A DNA stretch of 59,281 nt, the filler included. It is 4 parts of 4 records of this genome, joined end to end, with 100 filler letters (N's around TTAATTAATTAA, not from the genome) between each part and the next. Parts side by side here need not be neighbours in the genome. Positions count along the whole stretch, not along the records: positions 16,878 to 45,785 come from SRR20825006_225; positions 45,886 to 59,281 come from SRR20825006_231; 2 more parts are not named here. The stretch is one strand, 5' to 3'. Positions 41,926 through 51,770 of this stretch are shown here, one piece after another (position 1 is the first letter of the stretch; each line of letters starts with the position of its first letter). The notes under the pieces are model-generated. The model was not told the DNA's origin. It was given only the letters and a program-made list of their open reading frames with translations, and made no database searches. The translations under genes and the position numbers were made by a program.

Positions 41926-42159
41926 ATGACAGAAAAAAAAGCCACATCGAAGGGGTCTAAATACGTCCGGTTTTCTGGCGTTGGAATCCAAATGGGAATT
42001 ATCATAGGAGGTTTCGCCTGGTTGGGGCATTATTTAGACGAAAAATACCAAAACAAAACACCTTGGTGGACACTTGGACTCTCACTTTTTGGAGTGGCAG
42101 CTGGACTCTATATCATGATCAAGGAAGTGATTAAAATCAGTAAAGAAGATGACAAGTAA
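41926..42159 (+). CDS. AtpZ/AtpI family protein
   Basis: QMGIII...GHYLDEKY, two TM helices, upstream of atpB. Confidence 0.82.
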   Translation: MTEKKATSKGSKYVRFSGVGIQMGIIIGGFAWLGHYLDEKYQNKTPWWTLGLSLFGVAAGLYIMIKEVIKISKEDDK

Positions 42160-42544
42160 AAGTTATATCACGAAGTTTTTACCAATAATCTTTGTGCTAC
42201 TGAGTTTACATATTGTACTAGTTCATCTGGAAATAATCCCTGTAAATATGCGAATGACGGTTATTTCGGACATCGTATTGTTGTTCATTTTCTCAATGGG
42301 AGCTCCTATTGTTTTGAAAGGTCTCAAGAAAGAAAAAGAAGCATTCGTTGGAAGTTTCCTTATTATAACAACCATTCAAATGCTTTCCGTTATGTCAGTG
42401 CTAGGAGCATTTGTATATACTAAAATTCAAGGTTTTCGTGAGATAAGTTTGCAAATGGTTAGTGTGTTCGTTCTCATCCTAGTTATTCAATCTTATTTTT
42501 TAATTAGAATTGTTAATAATTCAAACAAATCGACTGATTCTTAA
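42149..42544 (+). CDS. 4-TM membrane protein (ATP synthase protein I-like position)
   Basis: Four hydrophobic helices immediately upstream of atpB. Confidence 0.65.
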   Translation: MTSKSYITKFLPIIFVLLSLHIVLVHLEIIPVNMRMTVISDIVLLFIFSMGAPIVLKGLKKEKEAFVGSFLIITTIQMLSVMSVLGAFVYTKIQGFREISLQMVSVFVLILVIQSYFLIRIVNNSNKSTDS

Positions 42545-42638
42545 CGGTTCATTCTCATTTCTTTCTAAGGATTTCATTGAAATTTAATTTTGCACCCGTA
42601 TAATTCTATTTTTCTCTTGTCACTTGTAAAAGTTTCCC

Positions 42639-42646
42639 TACCTTTG
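42639..42646 (+). promoter_or_regulatory. Bacteroidetes -7 promoter element for atpB
   Basis: TACCTTTG matches TAnnTTTG, about 36 nt before the atpB start. Confidence 0.55.
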
Positions 42647-42681
42647 CGGCAAAATTTGAAGCCCTTTAACGAGATAGTGAT

Positions 42682-43800
42682 ATGACAATGTTAAGTGGAT
42701 TAGTGAAGTTCGGAATGGTGTTAGTGTTTATGCTAACTTCAGTGTTTTCTTTTGCGAAAATGGAGGCAGAACACATGGACTTGCACCAAGAGCAGGTTGC
42801 AGAAGAGAAAAGAGAATTCAACGTGAGCGAGATGATCATGCACCACATTGGTGATGCTCATGAATGGCACTTGTGGGGAGAAGGACACGAAGGAACTTCA
42901 GTTTACTTGCCAGTTATCTTGATCGATGGTGGTTTGAAAGTATTTTCTTCTAAGCATTTTTATCATGGCGAAGTTGTAAAAGATCACGGTCACGAATATG
43001 TGCTTGGAGAAGGTCCAGCCGAAGGTTATGCAATGATGCACGAAAAAGTGTATGCGTTGGATGAACACGGAAAACTTCACATTGAAGGAGGGCATCCACA
43101 CAATGCAAAACCATGGGATTTTTCTATCACGAAAAATGTTGTTTCATTATTTATGGTTGTGGTCCTTTTAATGTTAGTAATGTTCTCAGTAGCGAAATTC
43201 TACAAAAAGAACGGAGCGGTTGCGCCAAAAGGACTTTCTAAATTTATGGAACCATTGATCGTTTTTGTGAGAGATGATATCGCAAAAGACAATATCGGTG
43301 AGCATAAATACAAAAAATACACACCTTATTTATTGACGATTTTCTTCTTTATCTGGTTCTCGAACATGTTGGGATTGATTCCAATTTTAGGAGCGAACCT
43401 TACAGGGAATATCGCAGTAACATGTTTCTTAGCAGTAGCAACTCTTTTGGTAACCATTTTTTCGGGGAACAAAAACTACTGGGGGCACATCTTTGCAACA
43501 CCAGGTGTTCCTAAAGCATTATTACTTATTATGATTCCAATCGAGGTTGTTGGAGTTTTCACAAAGCCTTTCGCCTTAATGATTCGTTTGTTCGCTAACA
43601 TCACAGCGGGACACATTATCATTTTGGCTTTAGTTTCTATCATCTTCTTGAAAGGGTCCGCAGCATGGGGAGCATTGTCCGTGCCTATGGCCTTATTCAT
43701 TTCGGTGTTAGAGTTGTTGGTAGCGTTCTTACAAGCGTATCTATTCGCAATGCTTTCAGCGTTGTTTATCGGTGCTGCAGTGGAAGAAGCACACCATTAA
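42682..43800 (+). CDS. atpB: F0F1 ATP synthase subunit a
   Basis: DFSITKNV, IRLFANITAGH, LQAYLF; Bacteroidetes-type N-terminal extension. Confidence 0.96.
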   Translation: MTMLSGLVKFGMVLVFMLTSVFSFAKMEAEHMDLHQEQVAEEKREFNVSEMIMHHIGDAHEWHLWGEGHEGTSVYLPVILIDGGLKVFSSKHFYHGEVVKDHGHEYVLGEGPAEGYAMMHEKVYALDEHGKLHIEGGHPHNAKPWDFSITKNVVSLFMVVVLLMLVMFSVAKFYKKNGAVAPKGLSKFMEPLIVFVRDDIAKDNIGEHKYKKYTPYLLTIFFFIWFSNMLGLIPILGANLTGNIAVTCFLAVATLLVTIFSGNKNYWGHIFATPGVPKALLLIMIPIEVVGVFTKPFALMIRLFANITAGHIIILALVSIIFLKGSAAWGALSVPMALFISVLELLVAFLQAYLFAMLSALFIGAAVEEAHH

Positions 43801-43833
43801 TTAATTAGTAACTTTTTTAAATACATATAAGTT

Positions 43834-44055
43834 ATGTTCGGAAGTATAGCAGCAATTGGAGCAGGTCTTGCAGTATTAGGTGCAGGATTGGGAATTGGTA
43901 AGATCGGTGGTTCAGCAATGGACGCAATCGCTCGTCAACCAGAAGCTTCAGGAAAAATTCAAACTGCAATGATTATCGCAGCCGCTCTTATTGAGGGTGT
44001 TGCTCTTTTCGGTGTAGTAGTTGGTCTATTGGGTCTTGAAACAGGCGTGCAATAG
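43834..44055 (+). CDS. atpE: ATP synthase subunit c (H+-type)
   Basis: GxGxGxG, ARQPE loop, IEG (lacks Na+-type ES/T). Confidence 0.96.
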   Translation: MFGSIAAIGAGLAVLGAGLGIGKIGGSAMDAIARQPEASGKIQTAMIIAAALIEGVALFGVVVGLLGLETGVQ

Positions 44056-44074
44056 TTCATTCAATTGAATTGAT

Positions 44075-44107
44075 CTCCTTGCCATAACGGTTGGTTATGG
44101 CAAGGAG
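44075..44107 (+). other. Stable intercistronic hairpin between atpE and atpF
   Basis: CTCCTTGCCATAAC-GGTTG-GTTATGGCAAGGAG, perfect 14-bp stem. Confidence 0.75.
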
Positions 44108-44141
44108 TATTTAAAAAAGGTAACTCGTAAAAAGAAAAAAA

Positions 44142-44636
44142 ATGGAAATAGTTACTCCTGGTTATGGATTAGTATTTTGGACAGGAATTGTCTTCGTAAT
44201 CTTATTGTTTCTTCTAGCAAAATTTGCTTGGAAACCAATTTTGTCTGCGGTTAATACACGTGAGCAAAAAATTTCTGATGCATTAGAATTGGCTGAGAAA
44301 ACAAAGTCTGAGATGAAGACATTGCAAGCGCAAAACGAGAACTTGTTGAAAGAAGCAAGAGCAGAACGCGACGCGATGATCAAAGATGCTAAGGAAACAG
44401 CAACTAGAATGGTAGATGATGCCAAAACTGGTGCTAAAGTAGAAGCAGAGAAAGTAATGGCTGCAGCACGTGAAGCAATTAATGCTGAAAAAGTCGCTGC
44501 CATTTCTGAATTGAAAACGCAAGTAGCTACTTTCTCAATTGAAATCGCTGAAAAAGTGGTTCGTGGAGAATTGGCAAACGACGATAAGCAAAAAGCATTG
44601 GCAGACAAATTGGCTGCTGATATTAACATGAATTAA
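44142..44636 (+). CDS. atpF: ATP synthase subunit b
   Basis: LLAKFAWKPIL TM plus coiled coil; operon order. Confidence 0.95.
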   Translation: MEIVTPGYGLVFWTGIVFVILLFLLAKFAWKPILSAVNTREQKISDALELAEKTKSEMKTLQAQNENLLKEARAERDAMIKDAKETATRMVDDAKTGAKVEAEKVMAAAREAINAEKVAAISELKTQVATFSIEIAEKVVRGELANDDKQKALADKLAADINMN

Positions 44637-44646
44637 TCATTCACTA

Positions 44647-45180
44647 ATGAAGAACACGAAAGTTGCATCAAGATACGCGAAAGCACTATTAGAGCTTGCG
44701 ATCGATCAGAAGAAGGTTGATTCGGTTCTTGGTGACATGAATTTTTTGCTTTCAACAAGTAATGAAACAAGAGATTTTCAAATGTTGATCGAAAGTCCAG
44801 TTATTAAAACGGACAAAAAAATCAGCATTTTTGAACTCATTTTCGAGCAGTTCGAAGAAGTATCACTTGATTTTGTGAGATTAATCACGCAAAATAGAAG
44901 AGAGGCTCACCTTCCTGCAATTGCAGAAGCGTTTGAAGCATTAGTAAAAGAGCACAAAGGAATCGTTCCTATTACATTGACATCTGCTGTAAAGTTGGAT
45001 GAGAAGACAAAAGAAGCGATCTTAGCAAAAATACAAGGTTCTGTAAAGGGACAATTAGAAGTAAAAGAAATGATTGATGAGTCACTCATCGGTGGTTTCG
45101 TGGTGCGCATGGGAGATGCTCGAATAGATGCTTCCGTTGCAAGCCAATTGAATAATTTGAAACAACGTTTAACGCGATAA
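44647..45180 (+). CDS. atpH: ATP synthase subunit delta
   Basis: ASRYAKAL, LIGGFVVR...IDASV. Confidence 0.95.
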   Translation: MKNTKVASRYAKALLELAIDQKKVDSVLGDMNFLLSTSNETRDFQMLIESPVIKTDKKISIFELIFEQFEEVSLDFVRLITQNRREAHLPAIAEAFEALVKEHKGIVPITLTSAVKLDEKTKEAILAKIQGSVKGQLEVKEMIDESLIGGFVVRMGDARIDASVASQLNNLKQRLTR

Positions 45181-45242
45181 TCTTTGTGTTACCAACGGTT
45201 GAGCTAAGTCGAAATCAACGGTAGCGATTAAAACAAAACAAG

Positions 45243-45785
45243 ATGGCAGATGTAAAACCAGCAGAAGTTTCTGCAATTTTAAGAGAGCAACTTTCAGGAT
45301 TCCGCACGGAAGCTGAATTGCAAGAAGTGGGTACTGTACTTCAAATTGGAGACGGTATTGCACGTATCTATGGATTAAAAGGAGTTCAATACGGAGAATT
45401 GATTGAGTTTGATGGAGGATTGCAAGGAATTGCATTGAACCTTGAAGCAGACAATGTTGGTGCCGTTTTGCTTGGACGTTCTAGCCAAGTTAAGGAAGGA
45501 GACACAGTGAAACGTCTTGGGCGTATTGCATCTGTGCAAGTGGGAGAAGGAATGGTTGGTCGCGTTGTTGACACACTAGGAAATCCAATCGATGGTAAAG
45601 GTCCAATTGACGGACAATTGTACGAAATGCCAATCGAGCGTAAAGCACCGGGAGTTATTTTCCGTCAGCCTGTAAATGAACCGCTTCAAACGGGAATTAA
45701 GGCAGTTGACGCGATGATTCCAATCGGACGTGGACAACGTGAGTTGGTAATTGGTGACCGTCAAACTGGTAAAACAACAGTTTGT
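45243..45785 (+). CDS. atpA: ATP synthase subunit alpha, 3'-truncated
   Basis: [26 protein letters not shown]. Confidence 0.97.
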
Positions 45786-45885
45786 NNNNNNNNNNNNNNN
45801 NNNNNNNNNNNNNNNNNNNNNNNNNNNNNTTAATTAATTAANNNNNNNNNNNNNNNNNNNNNNNNNNNNNNNNNNNNNNNNNNNN
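45786..45885. other. Artificial contig linker
   Basis: N44-TTAATTAATTAA-N44. Confidence 0.98.
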
Positions 45886-45951
45886 ACCTTGATATAAGTG
45901 GAGTCCAATAAATTCTGTTAGCTTTTATCGGACAACAATAAATTAAAAAAT

Positions 45952-46608
45952 ATGTTTCTTCATACACATCCTTATTCCCCATTTATTCCTAAAAATGCAA
46001 CTAAATTAATTGTAGGAACATTACCTCCGCCAAGATTTACGGAAAAAGTGTTTAAAGAAGGCGATGTAGATTTTTCTTACGGAAGTAGAGATGGATATTT
46101 GTGGCCCATTTTAAATAGAATCTTTAGTTTGAATTTAGTTTTTGAAACTACGGAAGAAGCTATACAGCAGCGTAAATTGTTTTTGGCAGCCTATCAAATT
46201 GGGATTTGTGATATAGTTGCTTCCGCAGAAAGAGAACAAATAGACGCGTCAGATTTGGGGATGAAGAATATAGAATGCCGGGATTTGATTTTTTATTTAA
46301 ATGAAAATCCTACCATTGATACCATTTTATTTATGGGAGGAAATAGTAAAAATGGTCCTGAATATCTTTTTAGGAAGCAATTAAAGGATAAAGGAATAAA
46401 ATTAGAAACTATTTCTTCGGATGTACCTCGTAAGTATCAATTTAAAATTGGGAATCGAAATATAAAAACAGTTTCATTAACAGCCCCATCGGGAGCGGCA
46501 AATAGGGCGGTGGGAGCTATACCAGAATATAAAGCACTAAAAAAGAAGCACCCTAATCTCAATACTATTGATTTTAGAGTGCTTCAGTATATTAAATATT
46601 TTGTATGA
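45952..46608 (+). CDS. Uracil-DNA glycosylase superfamily protein
   Basis: HPY.PF, LIVGTLPP, YGS, LTAPSG motifs of mismatch-specific UDG-like families. Confidence 0.8.
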   Translation: MFLHTHPYSPFIPKNATKLIVGTLPPPRFTEKVFKEGDVDFSYGSRDGYLWPILNRIFSLNLVFETTEEAIQQRKLFLAAYQIGICDIVASAEREQIDASDLGMKNIECRDLIFYLNENPTIDTILFMGGNSKNGPEYLFRKQLKDKGIKLETISSDVPRKYQFKIGNRNIKTVSLTAPSGAANRAVGAIPEYKALKKKHPNLNTIDFRVLQYIKYFV

Positions 46609-46645
46609 TAATTAATTGATTATCGGTACAAATTATTGGGGGATT

Positions 46646-46786
46646 TTATTTTTTATTCTGTTGATCTTTGATGGTTTTCTCATCAATATCAAACTTATTA
46701 GTATCTATATTCCTATTTCCCGTTGGGTTTGTAGGATTTGTTTGTTCTTGTTTTCTTTTCCATTTTTTATCTTTAATAGTGCTCAT
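46646..46786 (-). CDS. Small hydrophilic protein (46 aa), absent from the ORF track
   Basis: MSTIKDKKWKRKQEQTNPTNPTGNRNIDTNKFDIDEKTIKDQQNKK; A-rich leader and TATCTTTA box upstream. Confidence 0.45.
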   Translation of the reverse strand: MSTIKDKKWKRKQEQTNPTNPTGNRNIDTNKFDIDEKTIKDQQNKK

Positions 46787-46884
46787 AATTTCTTTTTTTT
46801 AGTTTACTTAAAGATACAAATGAACTTGGGAAAAGGCTCTTAAAACAATTGTAAGTTATTGTTAATGGTTTAACATTTAAATAG

Positions 46885-48480
46885 TTAGTGCATTGCTGAA
46901 GCATCAACTTTGCCTTTACCTTTTTTAATCATTAATACAAAAGGAACGCAAATTAGAAATAGAATCCCCAAATATAAAAATATATCCATGTAAGACAATA
47001 CCGTACTTTGTAAGGTAATACTTCCTTCCATTAATTGATATGCTTTATCTAAAGATTCGTTTACACTAAAACCTTTCGACATAAACATTTGTTGATACGC
47101 TTGCAACCGCTCCTGTACTTTAAAATCTATTTTTGAGAGGTTTGGTAATAAGTCCACTCGGTGTTGCTGACTTAATCTGGCAACAAACGTAGTGATAATT
47201 GCAATCCCAAAAGATCCCCCTAATTGTCTCATCATCCCTGTAAATGCGGCACCTTCTCCAATGTCTTTTCCTCTTAATGTAGAAAGAGATAAGGTTGTTA
47301 TTGGAACAAATAGTAATCCTAACCCAAATCCACGCGCTACTAGAGGCCAAAACATATGTTCGGAACCAGTATCTGGAGTCATCATGTTATACATCCAATA
47401 ACTATAAATAAAGAATACTACAAACCCAATGGCTGCTAAGTATTTTTGTGGAACTCCACGCTCTAAAAGTTTACCAATAATAGGCATCATTAGTGCGGTG
47501 GTAACAGAACTTGGAACTAGTAGTAAACCAGCATCGGTGGCTGTCCATCCTAAAATAGATTGGGTGTAAATTGGAATAATAAAGGTAGAACCATACAAAC
47601 CAAAACCAAGAATAAATGTTAAAATAGTACCGATTCTTAGGTTGTAATCTTTTAAAACTCTGAGGTTTACAATTGGGTGTTCATATACAAGTTCTCTCCA
47701 TATAAATAATAACAATCCTAGACCAGATACAATAGTTAGTATTATTATAGTGGTATCTGCAAACCAATCGTCTTGTTGTCCGTGCTCTAAAATATATTGC
47801 AAGGAACCAATAAAAGAAGCTAGAAAAATAATACCCCACCAGTCTACTTGACTTGCTTTTAGCTTTTCTCCATACTTCGGACTTTTAATATATATAATGG
47901 TTAAAAATGTGGCAATAATTCCAATAGGCACATTGATATAAAATATATATGGCCAAGAGAAATTATCTACTAAATAACCACCTAATGGAGGTCCTAATGT
48001 AGGACCAACAATTACTCCCATTCCATAAATAGCTTGTGCCATTCCTCTTTTTGCAACAGGGTACGTTTCTGTAATAATTGTTTGGGCCGTAACTAGTAAT
48101 GCTCCGCCCCCCATACCTTGTATGAATCGGAAAGCTACTAGTTCCCATAAATTTGTTGCATTTCCACACAAAAAGGATGCTGCAGTAAATATTATAATTG
48201 AAGCTGCAAAGTAATTACGTCTCCCAAATTGTTTAGACAACCAACTGGTCATTGGGATAATAATTACGTTTGCAATTGCATAGGCCGTAATAACCCAGGC
48301 AATATCTGTAAGAGAAGCTCCTAAGCTACCTCTCATGTCGTTTAATGCAACGTTAACAATTGTAGTGTCAATAATTTCTAGAAGGGCACAAAGAATAGCC
48401 GTAATGGTTATTATGACCCTAGTAAAACCATATTCTACTAAACTGTCTTCGTCTTGAACTTGAACTTGTGCTTCTGCCAT
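46885..48480 (-). CDS. emrB: DHA2 MFS efflux permease (EmrB/QacA family)
   Basis: DTTIVNVAL, FRFIQGMGGG, GPTLGPPLGG; about 14 TM. Confidence 0.9.
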   Translation of the reverse strand: MAEAQVQVQDEDSLVEYGFTRVIITITAILCALLEIIDTTIVNVALNDMRGSLGASLTDIAWVITAYAIANVIIIPMTSWLSKQFGRRNYFAASIIIFTAASFLCGNATNLWELVAFRFIQGMGGGALLVTAQTIITETYPVAKRGMAQAIYGMGVIVGPTLGPPLGGYLVDNFSWPYIFYINVPIGIIATFLTIIYIKSPKYGEKLKASQVDWWGIIFLASFIGSLQYILEHGQQDDWFADTTIIILTIVSGLGLLLFIWRELVYEHPIVNLRVLKDYNLRIGTILTFILGFGLYGSTFIIPIYTQSILGWTATDAGLLLVPSSVTTALMMPIIGKLLERGVPQKYLAAIGFVVFFIYSYWMYNMMTPDTGSEHMFWPLVARGFGLGLLFVPITTLSLSTLRGKDIGEGAAFTGMMRQLGGSFGIAIITTFVARLSQQHRVDLLPNLSKIDFKVQERLQAYQQMFMSKGFSVNESLDKAYQLMEGSITLQSTVLSYMDIFLYLGILFLICVPFVLMIKKGKGKVDASAMH

Positions 48481-48483
48481 AAC

Positions 48484-49566
48484 TTATTTTAAATGAACAT
48501 CTACCAAAACATTCATTCCTGAACGTAATTTTGCTAGTTTTTCAGTGTCGTTATCTTTTGAAAAATCTATTTTAACTGGAAGACGTTGTATTGTTTTAAC
48601 AAAGTTTCCTGAAGCATTATCTGGAGGTAATAAAGAAAATTTAGCTCCTGTTGCTGGAGAGAAAGCAGTAATTACCGCATTGAATTCTTCTCCAGGATAA
48701 GCATCTACTTCTATAGTTACTTTTTGCCCAATATTCATTTTTTCTAATTGGGTTTCTTTGAAGTTTGCTACCACCCATTTATCGTTAGTATTTACTAGAT
48801 AAAATAACGATTGTCCTGGTTGAACAAATTGCCCTTCTTGTAAATCAACGTTAGATAATTGCCCGTCTATAGGCGCAGTAACAAAAGTGTAACTTAAGTT
48901 TAGTCTCGCAGCATCTAATTGTGCTTGTGCACTTTTTACATTTGCTTCGGCAACTGCCACTTGTTTTTCTGAAATTTCTGTTTGAGAAACCGCAGCTTTA
49001 CGTTGACTAGCACTTGCGTTTTGCTGACTTTTTAATACTTCTAATTGTTTCTCTGCGGATTGCTTAGCAGCAAGCGCCTCTTCGTATTGTTGTTCGGTTA
49101 TAGAGTGATTTTTATATAAATTCTCATAACGTTTAAAATCATTTTCTGCTCTCCATAAAGTAATTTTTGCATTCTCTAAATTTCCTTCTGCAGAATTTAC
49201 TTGCGCATTAGAAGTAGCTACATTAGCTTGGTAAGAACCAATACTTGCTTTTGCAACTATTAATTGACTTTCGGCTCCTGCTAGCGCAGCTTTTGCTTGC
49301 TCTAACTGTACCATATAATCTTGATCATTAATAGTGAAAAGTGTATCTCCTTTCTTAACTTTTTCATTATCGCTCACATATACTTTTTCAACATAACCAC
49401 CTACATGAGGGATTATCGGACTCATATTAGCTTCTATTTGTGCATCATCTGTTTCTTCATGAGAAAAAGAATGAACTATTTTAATTCCACCGTATATAAT
49501 TCCTATAATGATTAAAGAACCGATAATGAGGGTGAATTTCTTGTTTGTTTTTTTCTTTTGTTCCAT
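48484..49566 (-). CDS. emrA: HlyD/EmrA membrane fusion protein
   Basis: TDDAQ, WVVANFKETQL, LLPPDNASGNFVK..QRLPV. Confidence 0.9.
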   Translation of the reverse strand: MEQKKKTNKKFTLIIGSLIIIGIIYGGIKIVHSFSHEETDDAQIEANMSPIIPHVGGYVEKVYVSDNEKVKKGDTLFTINDQDYMVQLEQAKAALAGAESQLIVAKASIGSYQANVATSNAQVNSAEGNLENAKITLWRAENDFKRYENLYKNHSITEQQYEEALAAKQSAEKQLEVLKSQQNASASQRKAAVSQTEISEKQVAVAEANVKSAQAQLDAARLNLSYTFVTAPIDGQLSNVDLQEGQFVQPGQSLFYLVNTNDKWVVANFKETQLEKMNIGQKVTIEVDAYPGEEFNAVITAFSPATGAKFSLLPPDNASGNFVKTIQRLPVKIDFSKDNDTEKLAKLRSGMNVLVDVHLK

Positions 49567-49584
49567 TTTATTGATAATAGTAGA

Positions 49585-50886
49585 TTATTGTACGTCTGTG
49601 TTTATTTGTCCTTGAGCATTTAAAAGCTCATAATAGTTTTGTATGATGTCTGCTTTAGAATATGCCAAATTGATTTTAGCTTGAAGCTGGTCAATATCTG
49701 CTTCAAGTAAATCGTTGGTGTCTACCAATCCATTGTCATATTTATCTTTTACAATTCTATAATTTTCAATAGCTTGTTCTTCAGACTTTAGATATACATC
49801 GTATTTTTTATTGGCAAGATTGTAGTTTTGAGTAGCATCTTCAATTTGAATCTGAATTTTATCTTGAACCATATCTATAGTATGTTGTAGTTCTTCTGCT
49901 TGACTTTTAGCAACTTTAACATCACTTTTTGCTTTAAAAATATCAGCTAAATTATAAGACACTCCAACCCCAAAATTCATAGCATCTGTAATGGTAAGTG
50001 CATTTTTAATGTCTAATGCAACATAACCTCCCATTAAAGAAATACTTGGGTAGTATTTACTTTGAGCTACTTTGATATTGTTTTCAGCAGCTTCTTTTCG
50101 GTATTCTAATGCTCTTAAATCGCTTCTTTGAATACTATCATTTAACTCAGAACCAAGAGTAAGTTGAAAATTATTATCTTCAATATTAATTTTAGTGTCT
50201 TTTGGCATTTTTAAGGTAGTTACCAAGCTGAAGTTTAAAATCTTTTCATTCTTTTTGGCTTCCTCTAAACTAACTTCAATATTAGATTCTTGTAATTGAG
50301 CTTTCAATAAATCATTTCTCGCTAAAAGGCCATTTTGTTCCATAGCGGTGAAATCTTTTACACGCTGTTGAGCACTTTTTAGGTTCTCTTGGATAAGCGC
50401 TACAGTTTTATGGGCTTTGTATAAATTTACGTAGTCATTTACTGTCTGTAATGCAATATCTTCTTTATTACTTTTAGCATCAAGTGTAGCCGCTTCATAA
50501 TTATTTTTACTAGCTTTTACTAAATTATTTAGTTTAAAACCTGTAAAAATAGGAACAGAAGCAGTTGCTTGTCCAAGCATTAAACTGCTAATGTCTGGTT
50601 CTGCAGCTCCACTTTGTTGTCCGCCAGTATCAAATTTTATATCGGCGTTAACCTTAGTAAGGTGTTGGTATTGTCCAGCAATTTTTAAATCTGGGTACCG
50701 TTTGCTTTTTGCTACTTTTACTTCATAGCCAGCAGTGTTTACTTTAGTGTCTGCAATTTTTGACTCGTCGCTGTTTAGGAGCGCTAATTTAATAGCTTCC
50801 TCTAGCGTAAGCGAGGTTTCCTGCGATTGCATGTTTTTAATACCTAAAATACCTAGTAGGCATATGAATATAATTTTACGCTTCAT
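49585..50886 (-). CDS. TolC-family outer membrane efflux protein
   Basis: Signal peptide, LTLEEAI, YYPSISL, helical OEP repeats; operon context. Confidence 0.88.
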   Translation of the reverse strand: MKRKIIFICLLGILGIKNMQSQETSLTLEEAIKLALLNSDESKIADTKVNTAGYEVKVAKSKRYPDLKIAGQYQHLTKVNADIKFDTGGQQSGAAEPDISSLMLGQATASVPIFTGFKLNNLVKASKNNYEAATLDAKSNKEDIALQTVNDYVNLYKAHKTVALIQENLKSAQQRVKDFTAMEQNGLLARNDLLKAQLQESNIEVSLEEAKKNEKILNFSLVTTLKMPKDTKINIEDNNFQLTLGSELNDSIQRSDLRALEYRKEAAENNIKVAQSKYYPSISLMGGYVALDIKNALTITDAMNFGVGVSYNLADIFKAKSDVKVAKSQAEELQHTIDMVQDKIQIQIEDATQNYNLANKKYDVYLKSEEQAIENYRIVKDKYDNGLVDTNDLLEADIDQLQAKINLAYSKADIIQNYYELLNAQGQINTDVQ

Positions 50887-51496
50887 AAGTTAATAGTGCT
50901 TTTATTGTTTGTTTTATATGGTCTGTAAGAATTGTGTGTATAAAATCATCTAAGGAATCTGTGGTATACAGTTGATGGATGTCTTTATAGAACCGTTTGT
51001 TGTAATAAAAATTGAAATATGATCCTAATACAGTTGGGATTATTAAAGGGATATTTACTTTTTTTGAAAATACTCCTGCCTTTTGTCCTTTCTTAACAAA
51101 GTCTTCAATAATTAAATAATTGTTTTTCTTTATCTGAATGTAACTTTCAAAATCTATTTGACGCGTTTCATTTGAATATTCAAAGTGAATAATCTTATAA
51201 ACACGTCTATTTCTATGAATTCTGGCAACTAATACAGTAACTATTTCATCAATTTTCTGTAGGTAATCTATGTCTTTAGATAAAATAGATTCTAACTCCA
51301 TAGTGAAGTTTGCCGTTTTGTAGCTCAAAAGAGATTCTAGTAGTTTCTCTTTAGATCCAAAATAGTAAGAAATCATTGCAATATTAATGTCTGCCTCTTT
51401 AGCAATAGCTCTAATAGAAGTGCCATCATATCCGTTTTCGGCAAACATTTTTTCTGCTACTTCTAGTATTTTTATTTGCTTCTCATTTAACTCCAT
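50876..51496 (-). CDS. TetR/AcrR regulator
   Basis: FAENGYDGTSIRAIAKEADINIAMISYYFGSKE. Confidence 0.93.
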   Translation of the reverse strand: MELNEKQIKILEVAEKMFAENGYDGTSIRAIAKEADINIAMISYYFGSKEKLLESLLSYKTANFTMELESILSKDIDYLQKIDEIVTVLVARIHRNRRVYKIIHFEYSNETRQIDFESYIQIKKNNYLIIEDFVKKGQKAGVFSKKVNIPLIIPTVLGSYFNFYYNKRFYKDIHQLYTTDSLDDFIHTILTDHIKQTIKALLTYEA

Positions 51497-51526
51497 AAAA
51501 ATGAATGTTAGAAATTCTGTGCAAAA

Positions 51527-51559
51527 TTAAACAATTGTTTAAATTAAACGTTTGTTTAA
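51527..51559. promoter_or_regulatory. Tandem palindromic TetR operators overlapping the promoter
   Basis: TTAAACAATTGTTTAA (51527-42) and TTAAACGTTTGTTTAA (51544-59); TAATTTTG -7 box on minus strand at 51522-29. Confidence 0.7.
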
Positions 51560-51691
51560 TTTCTATTTTAACATATAACGTTAGAGTACAATTAAAGTTT
51601 AAGAATAGAATTATAAGATTTAATGCAAAAGCACTATAATTCTAGCTGTAGAAGGGTAAAAGGATGAGGTTTTATAGAAAGAAAGAGTGTT

Positions 51692-51724
51692 AAAAAAGGT
51701 CTAGGAAATTAACTCCTAGACCTT
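51692..51724 (-). terminator. trp operon terminator
   Basis: AAGGTCTAGGA...TCCTAGACCTT followed by T-run on minus strand. Confidence 0.75.
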
Positions 51725-51770
51725 CTTAATAGAACTCGTTTAGACGAGTTTACAATTAAAGTGTGTTTTT

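Noticed and set aside
42682-43120. His-rich N-terminal extension of AtpB
   Set aside because: Ordinary for Bacteroidota subunit a.
46616-46843. Plus-strand 75-aa hydrophobic ORF
   Set aside because: Probable antisense shadow of the A-rich minus-strand small ORF.
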